A stretch of DNA of 64,000 nucleotides from positions 12,330 through 76,329 of the forward strand of contig JBKJUR010000017.1 of assembly GCA_046590165.1 (NCBI GenBank), read 5' to 3'. Below the pieces are notes generated by a model. The model was not told where the DNA came from and made no database searches. It worked only from the letters and a program-made list of their open reading frames with translations. Both the position numbers and the translations under genes were made by a program. This document shows, in pieces, positions 46,228 through 57,139 of this stretch; positions within the stretch are counted from its first letter, which is position 1, and each line of letters starts with the position of its first letter. This DNA is from Methylotenera sp. GTDB lineage: Bacteria > Pseudomonadota > Gammaproteobacteria > Burkholderiales > Methylophilaceae.

Positions 46228-46715
46228 ATACTTGTGCTTCAAGGCACGTTCAGCGCGGAGCCACTCTCCTAGTTGGCCTGATTATGTTGGTGCTCATTAC
46301 GCTGATCGTGACCACTGCCTTCACGTTGAGTATTAGCAACCTCAAGTCTGTAGGCAATATGCAGTTTCGGAATGAGGCGCTTGCGGCGGCCAATGCGGCG
46401 ATAGAACAGGTGATAAGTAGCGATGCTATTTTCTTTGCGCCTGTGATCAGGTCCATTACGGTAGGGAGTTATGCGGTGACCGTTGCCAAACCAGTTTGTT
46501 CGTACGCAGTAGATGTGGATGACGGAACTGGTGATGATGCTAACCCAAACATTGTCATTGTGGGAGGTGTTCCAGGTGGTGGCGTTGGAACTGGCTTTCA
46601 GAATACCTACTGGGATATTGCTGCAACAGTGAATGATACTATGAGTGGGACGCGTGTCACAGCTCATCAGGGGATCAAGATCACGCTCCCCGCGAACCCG
46701 AACCCTTGCCCGTGA
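46224..46715 (+). CDS. pilX: Type IV pilus minor pilin PilX
   Basis: RGATLLVGLIMLVLITLIVTTAF is PilX-N-like. The assignment also rests on its position in the operon. Confidence 0.7.
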   Translation: MNTCASRHVQRGATLLVGLIMLVLITLIVTTAFTLSISNLKSVGNMQFRNEALAAANAAIEQVISSDAIFFAPVIRSITVGSYAVTVAKPVCSYAVDVDDGTGDDANPNIVIVGGVPGGGVGTGFQNTYWDIAATVNDTMSGTRVTAHQGIKITLPANPNPCP

Positions 46716-46750
46716 TGCAGCTACTATGCTTTAAATCTGGAGACATCAGT

Positions 46751-49700
46751 ATGAAATTTAACCGCCAATTCATTAAGGCCTTGCTCATGCTAGTGTGCAG
46801 TGGCATTTATCCTGCCTCGGCCGAGGATATTGATATTTTTCTTGCAACTTCCAGCGTCACAGGAACAAAACCGAATGTGCTGTTGGTGCTGGATAACGCC
46901 GCTAGCAATAACAGTAGCATCACTATGATGGATGGAGTGACCAGCGGTGATAAGCTGGAAATGCTACGTCAGGTGCTGAACAACATCGTTGATCCGCTCA
47001 ACTCGACCTATTTTCCTGCCTGCAATGCTGCTGTAAATCCACGCGTCCCCGCTGGCTGCGTCACGCGGAGCGAGGTTGATGCTTTGCTCAAGAATATCAA
47101 TCTGGGCTTGATGATCGCCAACCCATCTGGCAACGGCAAGGGCGGCTATGTACGCTATCACGTGCGGCCTATGGATGTTGCCACTAATCGAACCAACCTG
47201 GTGGCGAAGATCAACCCTGGTATTCCGCAAGGCAATAATGCGCCTTATGCCAAAACCATGTACGAGGCTTATCAGTACTATGGCGGCAGACCTGCCTATG
47301 TTGGGTTTGATAGTAACCAATATGACGCGGCGGCAAAAAGCGGCTTGAATTACGTTAGTCCAGCCACTAACAGTTGTCAGGATAATTACATTCTATTTGT
47401 TGGCAACGGTGGCCCCGATTCTAGTGAAGAGAATGACAGCCGATCGCTTCTCAATGCTGTTGGTGGTGTGTTGACGACCGACCCCGTTTCTTTTACACCT
47501 AACAACCTGACCAGTAGTTGGTTCGATGAGTTTGCGCGCACTCTGAAAAGCCAGGATGTGGTCCCAGCGCTTACCGGTATTCAGAATATCACGACCTATA
47601 CCATCGCGGTACAGAACCCTGCTGCGAATAATTATAATACAGCCACCAATAAAAGCTCGAGAGCGCTGCTAAACAGTGCCGCGACCTTGGGCGGCGGCGA
47701 ATACTTTCTCGCTAGCGATGGCCAAGCTGTAATGAAAGCCTTTGTTGACTTACTGCAGAAATTTCAATCGGTGGATAGCGTGTTTGCTGCATCCAGTTTG
47801 CCTGTGAGCGTGAATGTGCGCGGTACATTTCTCAACCAAGTTTACATGGGGCAGTTCCGCCCAGATGCTGGTGCTGGCCCGAGATGGCCAGGCAACCTAA
47901 AGCAATACCAGATTGCGCTTGACGTGAATAGTAAGCCGATTCTGGCCGACCGCTTTGGTAATGGGGTGGAGGACACAGTCAATGGCTTTATCAAGGCGGA
48001 TAAAACCAGTTTATGGACTCAGACCTCGACTTATTGGGCATTCGGTCCGCTGGGCAATCCGAAATCGGCCAGCGATGCGCCGGATGGCAACATCGTGGAA
48101 AAAGGTGGTGCCGCCCAGCGTCTGCGCCAGAATTTTGCCACTAGCCAGACCACGCGCAATTTGTATACTTGCAACGGGTCGTGTGTTGCAAATGCTGCGC
48201 TCTCTAGCAATCTCTTTAACAACAGTAATACGGTTGGGATCACTACGGGTCTTCTCGGCGTCGCTGACGCAACCGAGCGTACTGACCTTATCAACTGGGT
48301 GCGCGGTGCCGACAACAAAGATAACGAAGACAGCAATGGCGTCTCGACCGACATCCGCGCCCGTATTCATGGCGATCTGCTGCACTCTCGCCCAGCAGTG
48401 GTGAACTATAACCGCTATGGAAATGACAGCGATGTCATGGTTTACTATGGCACCAATGGCGGCATTTTCCATGCTGTTAAGGGTGGGCAGGCCGACACCG
48501 ACGGTGGCGAGAAGTGGGGTATGGTTTTCCCTGAGTTTTTTGGCAAGCTGAAACGGCTACGTGACAATAATCCAGATATTTCGTCCACCGATCCGAAACC
48601 CTATTTCGCCGACGGCTCGGTTTCCGTTTATCAGAAGGATGCCAACGACGACCAAAAGTACACTGCTAGCAGTGGCGACAAAGTCTATCTCTATATCGGC
48701 ATGCGGCGCGGCGGGAAGTTTGCCTATGGGCTAGATGTGAGCGACCCAGATACGCCGAAATATCTCTGGAAAATCGACAACACCACGGCTGGGTTTGCTG
48801 AGCTTGGACAAACATGGTCCACACTGCGCCCCGCGGTTATCCGTGCCGTAACAGGTGACCCAGTAGTGATATTTGGCGCTGGCTACGATCCGGAAAATGA
48901 GGATGCGCTCCCTGCTACCACCAATAACAAGGGACGCGGAATTTTTGTGGTCAACGGGCGCACTGGCGCGCTGGTCAAGCATATCCTGCCAGCAGGCATG
49001 GGCAGTGTCCCTGCTGATCTTGCAGTGCTAGACAGGGATAACGATGGATTGTATGATCGTATTTACGCTACCGATACCAAGGGTAACGTCTGGCGGGTGG
49101 ATATCGATGATGCAAGTCCAGGCAACTGGCAAAGCTACAAAATAGCCTCTTTGGGTGGGGGTGGCGCTAATGCACGCAAGTTTCTCAATAAGCCTGACGT
49201 GGTCTTTGGCGCAACTTACGATGCTGTATTAGTTGGCTCTGGCGATCGCGAACATCCCTTCGAGAATACTGTTACAAATCGTTTTTACATGCTAAAAGAC
49301 ACGAAAGTCGGCCTAACTGGAGGAATGTTCTGTGGGAGCAGTGGCGCGGAGCGAACCTGCGTCGAGAGCGACCTCGTGGATGTCACTAGCAACCCCTATC
49401 AAGATACGCAATTACCCAGTACTGCAAATGGATGGTATCTCACGCTTGCTACGGGCGAGAAAGTGGTGGGCAATGCCACTACCGTTTTCGGTGCCACTTT
49501 TTTCGGCACTAACCGCCCTTTGCCGCCTGAACCTGGAGTGTGCAGTAGTAATCTTGGAGAAGCGAAGCTCTACGCTGTGGGATACGAGGCAGGCAAAGCC
49601 GTGTCTGACAGAAATAACGATGGTGTGATTACTTCCAGCGATCGTTACGAGCTGGTGACTGGAGGTGGCTTCCCCCCATCGCCAGTTTATTCCAGAGTTG

Positions 49701-49813
49701 AGGTGGATGGTAAAGTGATTGATGTGATTTGCACGGGAGCCCACTGCGCAGCCCCCCCAAACCCCACGACCACTACCAAACGGTTCCGCACCTATTGGCA
49801 TATCGAGCAATAA
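46751..49813 (+). CDS. pilY1: Type IV pilus tip adhesin / biogenesis factor PilY1
   Basis: A signal peptide from M at 46751, then a vWA-like N-terminal stretch (VLLVLDNAASNNSS). The C-terminal beta-propeller region carries the Ca-binding-like loop DRDNDGLYDRIYATDTKGNVWRVD. Confidence 0.85.
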   Translation: MKFNRQFIKALLMLVCSGIYPASAEDIDIFLATSSVTGTKPNVLLVLDNAASNNSSITMMDGVTSGDKLEMLRQVLNNIVDPLNSTYFPACNAAVNPRVPAGCVTRSEVDALLKNINLGLMIANPSGNGKGGYVRYHVRPMDVATNRTNLVAKINPGIPQGNNAPYAKTMYEAYQYYGGRPAYVGFDSNQYDAAAKSGLNYVSPATNSCQDNYILFVGNGGPDSSEENDSRSLLNAVGGVLTTDPVSFTPNNLTSSWFDEFARTLKSQDVVPALTGIQNITTYTIAVQNPAANNYNTATNKSSRALLNSAATLGGGEYFLASDGQAVMKAFVDLLQKFQSVDSVFAASSLPVSVNVRGTFLNQVYMGQFRPDAGAGPRWPGNLKQYQIALDVNSKPILADRFGNGVEDTVNGFIKADKTSLWTQTSTYWAFGPLGNPKSASDAPDGNIVEKGGAAQRLRQNFATSQTTRNLYTCNGSCVANAALSSNLFNNSNTVGITTGLLGVADATERTDLINWVRGADNKDNEDSNGVSTDIRARIHGDLLHSRPAVVNYNRYGNDSDVMVYYGTNGGIFHAVKGGQADTDGGEKWGMVFPEFFGKLKRLRDNNPDISSTDPKPYFADGSVSVYQKDANDDQKYTASSGDKVYLYIGMRRGGKFAYGLDVSDPDTPKYLWKIDNTTAGFAELGQTWSTLRPAVIRAVTGDPVVIFGAGYDPENEDALPATTNNKGRGIFVVNGRTGALVKHILPAGMGSVPADLAVLDRDNDGLYDRIYATDTKGNVWRVDIDDASPGNWQSYKIASLGGGGANARKFLNKPDVVFGATYDAVLVGSGDREHPFENTVTNRFYMLKDTKVGLTGGMFCGSSGAERTCVESDLVDVTSNPYQDTQLPSTANGWYLTLATGEKVVGNATTVFGATFFGTNRPLPPEPGVCSSNLGEAKLYAVGYEAGKAVSDRNNDGVITSSDRYELVTGGGFPPSPVYSRVEVDGKVIDVICTGAHCAAPPNPTTTTKRFRTYWHIEQ

Positions 49814-49891
49814 GGAAAATCAGAAATGCACAATGGCTGTCACATAATAAGATCAGAACTATTGGCGTTAAATAGTTTGCGCATATCGGCC

Positions 49892-50371
49892 ATGCGAGGT
49901 TTTACCTTAGTGGAATTAATGGTCACTATTTCGATAGTTGGAATTTTGTCTGCCATTGCCGTGCCAAACTTTAATGAGGCGTTGCTGAGCAGCAAACTTA
50001 GGGCAAATGCAAATAAACTAGTTGCCAGCATTTATTTAGCGCGTGGCGAGGCGATTAAACGTAATTCGGTTGTTACCTTATGTGCTTCTGCCAACGGCAC
50101 AAGCTGCACAGGCGCTTGGAAAGATGGCTGGGTTATGTTGAGTGGCACCACACTGATAAGCGCACAAAATGCGATAACCTCTGGACTGAGAATAATTGAG
50201 GCTGGTGGATTGACTAGTTTAAGCTTTCAACCAACAGGCGTGGGCTCTACGCAGGCGACACTCACCGTTTGCCGCGCAACGCCTAGTATTGGCGGCCAAG
50301 AGCGCGTGGTGACCATTAGCGCAACAGGGCGTGCCTCAGTTGCTAAAACATACGCTGGTGCTTGCTCGTGA
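49892..50371 (+). CDS. fimT: GspH/FimT-family minor pilin
   Basis: MRGFTLVELMVTISIVGILSAIAVPNF. The start is chosen at the prepilin leader. Confidence 0.75.
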   Translation: MRGFTLVELMVTISIVGILSAIAVPNFNEALLSSKLRANANKLVASIYLARGEAIKRNSVVTLCASANGTSCTGAWKDGWVMLSGTTLISAQNAITSGLRIIEAGGLTSLSFQPTGVGSTQATLTVCRATPSIGGQERVVTISATGRASVAKTYAGACS

Positions 50372-50467
50372 TTAGAGATTAGTTAATTTAATCTTTATCA
50401 ATATTTTCTGGTTTGCTTATTTACTGGTGCAATTTCTGAATTTGCTTTTTGATATTTTTCCACCAAA

Positions 50468-51109
50468 ATGACCTTTCCAATAAATCCGCGATTCATCGTA
50501 TTGCTTGGCATCTCTGTGCTGTTACACGGACTTTTGTTTTCGCTCATTTTTCCTAAAATCGCCTTATCATCAAACCCAAACAGTCATACATTAACGGTAG
50601 ATTTTATGCAATCGCCAGCCAAGGCTGAATCTGCGAGTTTATTAGCAAAGCCTACTGGAAACATTAAAGATAATGATGCTGAACTAACTGAAGCGGATAA
50701 ACCTGAAGCAAAAGCGGATAAGCCAGCAGCCATAACCAACGAACTAGCTGCAAACGAAAATTTGCATGCGATATCACCAGTATTTGCAGCGACTAAATAT
50801 TATGCATTTAAAGAGTTGGATCACATGCCAGCGGTATTAGAAAACATTAATGCTGATCCGCCGGATTTGCTGGAATATCCACAAGGCGGTAGCTTAACCA
50901 TACAACTTTGGGTGGATGAAGCGGGCAGCGTGATAAAGGCGGAAGTTGTCGAATCAGACCTGCCTGCCCAATTTTCTGAAAATGCCACCAAAGCCTTCCT
51001 GCAGGTTAAGTTTTCACCAGGCTTAAAAGATAAGCTAGCAGTGCGGGCTATGGCAAAGGTGGTTGTTCACTATGCGCCATTAAATGGTAGGGCATTAACC
51101 AGTAATTAA
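50468..51109 (+). CDS. TonB-C-like domain membrane protein
   Basis: An N-terminal TM segment. The C-terminal YPQGGSLTIQLWVDEAGSVIKAEVV resembles a TonB C-terminal domain. Confidence 0.5.
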   Translation: MTFPINPRFIVLLGISVLLHGLLFSLIFPKIALSSNPNSHTLTVDFMQSPAKAESASLLAKPTGNIKDNDAELTEADKPEAKADKPAAITNELAANENLHAISPVFAATKYYAFKELDHMPAVLENINADPPDLLEYPQGGSLTIQLWVDEAGSVIKAEVVESDLPAQFSENATKAFLQVKFSPGLKDKLAVRAMAKVVVHYAPLNGRALTSN

Positions 51110-51128
51110 TTTAAGGCAAACATTAGAT

Positions 51129-51641
51129 TTAGGGAATATCTATTTTGAGTAATTTGGCCGTAATTAAGCCATTGATTAATCCAAAAAATAGAGCCGCTAA
51201 AGAAAAAATAGGAATTAAATAGCTAATGCCTGCATGTGGAATCAACCATAATCTTACTATGATTAGCTGGCCTGCAATATGTCCAAAAGCGGCTAATATA
51301 CTTAGTGTAATTACACTAAAGTATTGTTTTGGTAAGTGCTTGGCTAACCATAACACCCCTAAGCTCAATAATGCCCCACTTAAGCTAAGGGCAAAAGTTG
51401 GTGATAAAAACTGTCCCATTAGCAAGCTGCTGGCGAATACCCGTAAAATGCTCACCCATGCTGCCGCACCGAAACCGTATTGATAGAGCACATATAAAGT
51501 CACAATATTGGCTATACCTGGTTTTACACCCGGTAGAGGCGATGGAACTATCGCTTCAAGCATGTGCAGCACAATCGAAAAAGCAGCAAGCTTGGCGATG
51601 TGATGATCATCCGCAGTGGTTTTAATGTGAGTAGGTTTCAA
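51129..51641 (-). CDS. Gx transporter family (heptaprenyl diphosphate synthase component I-like) membrane protein
   Basis: LHMLEAIVPSPLPGVKPGIANIVTL pattern. Its context with the NusG-II and ApbE genes supports the call. Confidence 0.6.
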   Translation of the reverse strand: MKPTHIKTTADDHHIAKLAAFSIVLHMLEAIVPSPLPGVKPGIANIVTLYVLYQYGFGAAAWVSILRVFASSLLMGQFLSPTFALSLSGALLSLGVLWLAKHLPKQYFSVITLSILAAFGHIAGQLIIVRLWLIPHAGISYLIPIFSLAALFFGLINGLITAKLLKIDIP

Positions 51642-51666
51642 ATTAAGCTTTAGTTTGAGTTAACTC

Positions 51667-52131
51667 TTAATAATTTAGCGAATCATATGGCTTGACCTCG
51701 CCAAGTAATTCTAGGCTGATTTGATTAGGCAAACAAATTGCGGCTTGTCCTGCATGCGATAGCCAGCCTTGATGAACACAATATTGGGTGTGGCAAGGTG
51801 ATTTTACGAATCTTGCTTTGCCTCGCGCAATATTAATGACAGCTTCACCAAGTTGACCGTGTAAATGAATTTCACGTTGTTGATTCAGACTGAATGTACC
51901 GTAGATTTTATCGCCTACCTTAATCTGAACTTTAGTTGCATGCTCATTAGACCAAAAACATGCAAATAAATAGCTAATCAATAGCAAGCTGGCCAATATA
52001 ACTAGCCAGTCGCCAAGACGTAATTCGTTAATTAGTAACTTAGGGTAACGTAGTAAATTTAACATCAGGTGAAGACCAGTTGAGTTTTTGTGCCATTTTT
52101 TTTGATACCAAAATATTGGCCTTGTCATCAA
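51667..52131 (-). CDS. NusG domain II-containing (DUF1312) protein; true start probably near 52065
   Basis: A TM segment plus beta-rich domain in a conserved neighbourhood with apbE. The long ORF overlaps the apbE 3' end. Confidence 0.55.
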   Translation of the reverse strand: MMTRPIFWYQKKWHKNSTGLHLMLNLLRYPKLLINELRLGDWLVILASLLLISYLFACFWSNEHATKVQIKVGDKIYGTFSLNQQREIHLHGQLGEAVINIARGKARFVKSPCHTQYCVHQGWLSHAGQAAICLPNQISLELLGEVKPYDSLNY

Positions 52132-53125
52132 TCACCATATAATTTTCAATGCCTAACGTCTGTGCTGCTTTACTCTTTTTATCGTATGATTCTATGAAAA
52201 TAGGTTTTGAAGCTACATCTGATAATACGCCAGCTTGGCTTAGATGCGCTGGCTGTGGAGGTACCAGCACGGTAACCGCTTGGGTATGCTGTGCGGGATA
52301 ACCAGTGCGTGGGTCAATAATATGGCAGTAGCGTTTACCATTTAACATAAAATAACGCTGATAATCGCCGGATGTACCAATAGCCCAGCCATTAGGTAGA
52401 TCTAAGGTAGCAAGTGCCATCGGTAAGCGCGGGTGCTGTATGCCAACACGCCATGGTTTATCTCCATGTTGACCAAGCGCAATAATGTTACCTCCAATAT
52501 TAATTAACACGTTATTAACATACTCTTTGCGTAAGTACGCGGCGGCACTATCAAGTGCATAGCCTTTAGCGTAACCGCCTAAATCAAGTTTAACTTCAGG
52601 GTTGTTGCTGTAAGCGGTAGTATTTTTAATATTAATATCGTTCATACTGGGGTTGGCTTTAACTAGAGCTTTAATTTTTATATCATCTATTGCAACTGCG
52701 TTAAATTCATCCCGCTGAAATCCCCAAGTGCCAATTAATTGACCAATGGCGGGGTTAAATAAGCCGTTAGATTTAACAGAAAGCTCTGTTGCGTCTTTAA
52801 GTATATTAGCTAGTTCAGGCCTAATGATAACTGGCTGATTAGATTCCGAAAAAGCTTTATTCAGTATACCTAACTCACTAGGCTGTCCTGCTGAAATTGG
52901 TTTCCATGCATGCAAGCGGTTATGTAAGTTCTGGAAGTCTTGCAATACATGATCGGCTAGTAATCTAGCGCGCTCATTGGATTCACCATAAATAGTAATG
53001 TCTACCAGCGTACCAAAAACATAACTTTCGCTATGGTAAAGTGGCTCTTTAAAATAGCTTTTGAGTGCAAAAATACCTAGGATTAAAATAGCTATCGAAG
53101 CTAAGTAGAAGAATGCCTTGCGCAT
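52040..53125 (-). CDS. apbE: FAD:protein FMN transferase
   Basis: FGTLVDITIY...LDLGGYAKGYALD...GTSGDYQRYF is the ApbE signature. Confidence 0.9.
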   Translation of the reverse strand: MRKAFFYLASIAILILGIFALKSYFKEPLYHSESYVFGTLVDITIYGESNERARLLADHVLQDFQNLHNRLHAWKPISAGQPSELGILNKAFSESNQPVIIRPELANILKDATELSVKSNGLFNPAIGQLIGTWGFQRDEFNAVAIDDIKIKALVKANPSMNDINIKNTTAYSNNPEVKLDLGGYAKGYALDSAAAYLRKEYVNNVLINIGGNIIALGQHGDKPWRVGIQHPRLPMALATLDLPNGWAIGTSGDYQRYFMLNGKRYCHIIDPRTGYPAQHTQAVTVLVPPQPAHLSQAGVLSDVASKPIFIESYDKKSKAAQTLGIENYMVIDDKANILVSKKMAQKLNWSSPDVKFTTLP

Positions 53126-54100
53126 TTATTGAGTGTTGGCGTGTGCCTGATGTCGCGCTATATTATGTTCTAGCGCACTTACCATGATGTTGGCCGGGTT
53201 GCAGGGTTTTGTCATGTTAATTGTTTGTTGCGCTATTTCCACCATCCCCGTAGGGCTAGTGACGTTAATTTCAGTTAAATGGTCGCCAATCACGTCTAAT
53301 CCAACTAAAAATAAGCCTTTTTCCTTAAGTACCTTGCCAACAGTAGTTGCAATTTCTAAATCACGTGCACTTAATAGTTGTGCAACGCCTGTACCACCAG
53401 CGGCTAAGTTGCCACGTGTTTCCCCCGCTTTTGGAATGCGTGCCAGTGAATACGGAAGTGGTACGCCATCAATCACAATAATCCGTTTGTCGCCTTGCAG
53501 AATGGCAGGTAAGTAACGTTGCGCCATAATGGTACGGGTGCCAAAGTTGGTAATGGTCTCTAGTATCACGCTGATATTAGGGTCTTTTAAACCTAGTCTA
53601 AAAATACTGCTGCCACCCATGCCGTCAAGCGGTTTAACAACAATATCTTGATGCGTATTTAAGAATTCTCGAATTAAATCATTATCTGCCGTGACTAAAA
53701 ATTCAGGCGTAAATTGCGGAAAACGGGTGACTGACAATTTCTCATTCCAGCTACGAATGGAGGCTGCGTTATTAAATACTTGTGCACCTTGGTTTGCTGC
53801 AATTTCTAATAGATAGGTACTGTAAAGATATTCATTATCAAAAGGGGGGTCTTTACGCATCAATACTGCATCAAACTCAGCCGGTTTGTATTCAATTGTT
53901 TCTGCTACTGAGAAATTTTTCTCAGTAAAGGTAAACTTTTTAGCATTGATTTTTGCAATATCCCCACGTAAAAACAGGTCATGCTGCATACTGACAAACA
54001 GCTCATGACCACGGCTTGCTGCCTCGCGCATGATAGCAATGCTCGTATCTTTGACCGTTTTTAGGCTTGCTAGTGGGTCAAGAATGAATAGTAGTTTCAT
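53126..54100 (-). CDS. gshB: Glutathione synthetase
   Basis: MKLLFILDPL...MRKDPPFD...VVKPLDGMGG is prokaryotic GshB with an ATP-grasp fold. Confidence 0.93.
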   Translation of the reverse strand: MKLLFILDPLASLKTVKDTSIAIMREAASRGHELFVSMQHDLFLRGDIAKINAKKFTFTEKNFSVAETIEYKPAEFDAVLMRKDPPFDNEYLYSTYLLEIAANQGAQVFNNAASIRSWNEKLSVTRFPQFTPEFLVTADNDLIREFLNTHQDIVVKPLDGMGGSSIFRLGLKDPNISVILETITNFGTRTIMAQRYLPAILQGDKRIIVIDGVPLPYSLARIPKAGETRGNLAAGGTGVAQLLSARDLEIATTVGKVLKEKGLFLVGLDVIGDHLTEINVTSPTGMVEIAQQTINMTKPCNPANIMVSALEHNIARHQAHANTQ

Positions 54101-54124
54101 ATGCTGGTTTGCTAATAATATAGC

Positions 54125-55420
54125 CTATTGATTTAACGGGTCTTGCTCTTGTAACTCAATCGCAGCAGCAAGCAATGCTAAACGTGCCACTACACCGTAA
54201 GCATAAAAGCGATTAGGCAAAGCATCGGGTGCGCCAGCACAGTCTGGCAATGTACATGGTTTTTCAAAAGCTAATGGTACAAAATGCGAGCCCGGTGCAT
54301 TTAAATTCTCATCTACACCACGGCCAGTATGCACACGGTAGAAACCGCCAATCACAAAGTGATCCATCATATATACGACAGGCTCAGCAACGGCATCGTT
54401 AATGCTCTCAAAGGTATAAACACCCTCTTGAATGATCACTTCTGAAACTTGTAAACCTTCTTTCACAACAGACATTTTATTGCGCGCTTTACGGTTTAAA
54501 TCACGCACGTCATCAGGCGACTTTACCGTCATAATACCCATACCATAAGTGCCGGCATCCGCTTTTACAATGACAAATGGTTCCTGTGTAACACCATATT
54601 GTGCATATTTAATTTTAATTTTTGCGAGTAGTTCTTCTACTTTCAGTGCTAGGCAATCTTCACCCGTACGCGCATGAAAGTCTATTTCGCCACAGGTCTC
54701 AAAATATGGGTTCAATAACCATTCATCAATATTGAGTAATGCTGCAAATTCGCTAGCCACTTTATTATAAGCAGCAAAATGCTGTGATTTACGACGTGTG
54801 CTCCAACCAGCATGCAATGGTGGGATTAAGTCTTGTTCAAGGTCGGTAAGTATTTCTGGAATTCCAGCAGATAGGTCATTATTGAGTAGAATTGCGCAAC
54901 TATCAAAATCACCAAGTTCTTTGTTAATGAGTTTAATACGGTTACCGACACGCACCACAGGTTCTAAAAGTAAGTGATGGCCGTCGTGTGTTTCTAAAGT
55001 GGTAGGTTCCGTAATTTCAGGAGAGATTGAGCCTACTCTTACGTCTAGACCAGCCTGTTTCATAATGTTTACAAGTTCAACTACATTACGTAAGTAGTAG
55101 GTATTGCGGGTGTGGTTTTCAGGAATAATCAGTAAACGATGTGCCTCCGGGCAGATTTTTTCAACAGCTACCATTGCTGCATGCACACTTAATGTTATAA
55201 ATTCTGGGTTAAGGTTGTTAAAGCCGCCAGGAAATAAGTTGGTATCTACAGGTGCTAATTTGAAACCAGAGTTGCGTAAATCGACGCTAGCGTAAAATGG
55301 TGATGCATATTCCAGCCACTGTGAGCGAAACCAATGCTCAATTTTCGGCATAGCATTTAGCATGCTTTTTTCTAGCGATAGTAATGGGCCATTGAGTGCT
55401 GTAGTTAAATGAGGAACCAT
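54125..55420 (-). CDS. gshA: Glutamate-cysteine ligase (about 430-aa proteobacterial type)
   Basis: 431 aa, adjacent to gshB. ...FVIVKADAGTYGMGIM... resembles the non-enteric GshA family. Confidence 0.8.
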   Translation of the reverse strand: MVPHLTTALNGPLLSLEKSMLNAMPKIEHWFRSQWLEYASPFYASVDLRNSGFKLAPVDTNLFPGGFNNLNPEFITLSVHAAMVAVEKICPEAHRLLIIPENHTRNTYYLRNVVELVNIMKQAGLDVRVGSISPEITEPTTLETHDGHHLLLEPVVRVGNRIKLINKELGDFDSCAILLNNDLSAGIPEILTDLEQDLIPPLHAGWSTRRKSQHFAAYNKVASEFAALLNIDEWLLNPYFETCGEIDFHARTGEDCLALKVEELLAKIKIKYAQYGVTQEPFVIVKADAGTYGMGIMTVKSPDDVRDLNRKARNKMSVVKEGLQVSEVIIQEGVYTFESINDAVAEPVVYMMDHFVIGGFYRVHTGRGVDENLNAPGSHFVPLAFEKPCTLPDCAGAPDALPNRFYAYGVVARLALLAAAIELQEQDPLNQ

Positions 55421-55526
55421 AAATTTTCTTCTTTGTATCCGTTAATTTATCTTTGTCTATATCACTCTGGGGCCTAACGCATTTATAAACTGATCGTTTT
55501 AAACTATAAGTTGTGTTGAAATCACC

Positions 55527-56489
55527 TTATATAACCGAATGCGCTTGTGCGTCAGCATGATAGCTACTTCTTACCATGGGGCCGCTCGCAGTATTATTAA
55601 AGCCCATTGCATCTGCTTTTTGTTTTAATTCATCAAAAATTGTAGGCGCTACATAACGCATTACGGGCAGATGATGCACACTGGGTTGTAAATATTGCCC
55701 CAGTGTTAGCATGCTAACGTTGTGCGCACGCAGGTCTTGCATGACGGCTAAAATTTCCTCATCAGTTTCACCTAAGCCTAGCATTAAGCCAGACTTAGTT
55801 GGTATGTGTGGGTACATTTCACCAAAAGTTTTTAGTAGTGTGAGTGAGTTCTGATAATCTGAGCCCGGCCTTGCTTGCTTGTAAAGGCGTGGCACGGTTT
55901 CAAGGTTGTGATTCATGACATCTGGAGGCGCACTATTTAGAATTTTCATCGCCACATCTAAGCGACCTCGAAAATCCGGCACTAAGATTTCTATTTTAAT
56001 ATGTGGTGAATGTGCACGAACTGCTTGAATACAATCTACAAAATGTTGTGCACCGCCATCACGTAAATCATCTCGATCTACAGAAGTAATCACTACGTAT
56101 TTAAGCTTCATTTGTGCAATGGTGCGTGCTAAATTTTCAGGCTCGTTCACATCAGGTGCGAGTGGTTTTCCGTGAGCTACATCACAAAATGGACATCTTC
56201 GTGTACAAATGTCACCTAAAATCATGAATGTGGCTGTGCCGCCACTGAAGCATTCACCAATGTTGGGGCAGCTAGCTTCTTCACATACGGTATGCAGATT
56301 ATTTTCGCGTAATATACTTTTAATCTCTTGGTAGCGTGCAGAGTCTGGCACTTTCATGCGTATCCATTCGGGTTTACGCTGCATAGGTTGCGGGATTATT
56401 TTGATAGGGATGCGAGACGTTTTCGCCGCATCAATTTCTTTTACGCCCGCAATCTTGCGTGTGCTTATTTCAGTCATGCGTATTTCCAT
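55527..56489 (-). CDS. lipA: Lipoyl synthase
   Basis: [12 protein letters not shown] and the radical-SAM motif CTRRCPFC. Confidence 0.96.
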   Translation of the reverse strand: MEIRMTEISTRKIAGVKEIDAAKTSRIPIKIIPQPMQRKPEWIRMKVPDSARYQEIKSILRENNLHTVCEEASCPNIGECFSGGTATFMILGDICTRRCPFCDVAHGKPLAPDVNEPENLARTIAQMKLKYVVITSVDRDDLRDGGAQHFVDCIQAVRAHSPHIKIEILVPDFRGRLDVAMKILNSAPPDVMNHNLETVPRLYKQARPGSDYQNSLTLLKTFGEMYPHIPTKSGLMLGLGETDEEILAVMQDLRAHNVSMLTLGQYLQPSVHHLPVMRYVAPTIFDELKQKADAMGFNNTASGPMVRSSYHADAQAHSVI

Positions 56490-57114
56490 TTGCTAAATGA
56501 GTGGTGAGTATCGTGAGTAATAACTCACCAATGGTTTCTTTACCGGCAGCGATGCCTAAATCGCTAGTTTGCGTTACTTTTAAGCCTACATAACCGCAAG
56601 GATCTATTCTTGTAAAGGGTGTTAAGTCCATGTTTACATTCAAACTTAAGCCATGATAGCAGCAATTATTTTTAATGCGTAACCCGAGCGAGGCAATTTT
56701 TGCCTCATTACCAAACAGGTCATGTACATACACTCCAGGTGCGTCTAGTTTAGCCGTCGCTGAAATGCGGTAGTTTGCTAATAGTGCAATTGTCGCATTT
56801 TCTAACTTACTGACTAAGCTACGAATATTGAGATTATTGCGTTTTAAATCTAAAAGGACATAAACGATGATCTGTCCAGGACCATGGTAAGTAATTTTTC
56901 CACCACGATCAGTGTGTACTAATGGGATGTCTGGACTGACTGGTAGTCGAGCCTGTTTGCGATTGAGGCCTAGCGTATATACTGGCGGATGCTCAGTTAG
57001 CCATAGCTCATCAGGCGTATCTGCTGACCGAGTAGCGGTAAACAGTTGCATTGCCTGGCTAGTAGTTTCAAAATCAGTAATACCTAATTGCCTAATGATT
57101 AAAGGCGGTTGCAT
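56470..57114 (-). CDS. lipB: Octanoyltransferase
   Basis: ...HPPVYTLG...[14 protein letters not shown]...K... is the LipB signature. The start is placed at M20 of the track ORF (57114), downstream of the ybeD stop. Confidence 0.9.
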   Translation of the reverse strand: MQPPLIIRQLGITDFETTSQAMQLFTATRSADTPDELWLTEHPPVYTLGLNRKQARLPVSPDIPLVHTDRGGKITYHGPGQIIVYVLLDLKRNNLNIRSLVSKLENATIALLANYRISATAKLDAPGVYVHDLFGNEAKIASLGLRIKNNCCYHGLSLNVNMDLTPFTRIDPCGYVGLKVTQTSDLGIAAGKETIGELLLTILTTHLANGNTHD

Positions 57115-57139
57115 ACTAAATATGTTGAGAGTCGACGTG

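Noticed and set aside
45298-49810. Numerous 60-150-aa ORFs on both strands within pilW, pilX and pilY1
   Set aside because: These are shadows produced by the GC-rich pil cassette. None has a ribosome-binding site or motif support.
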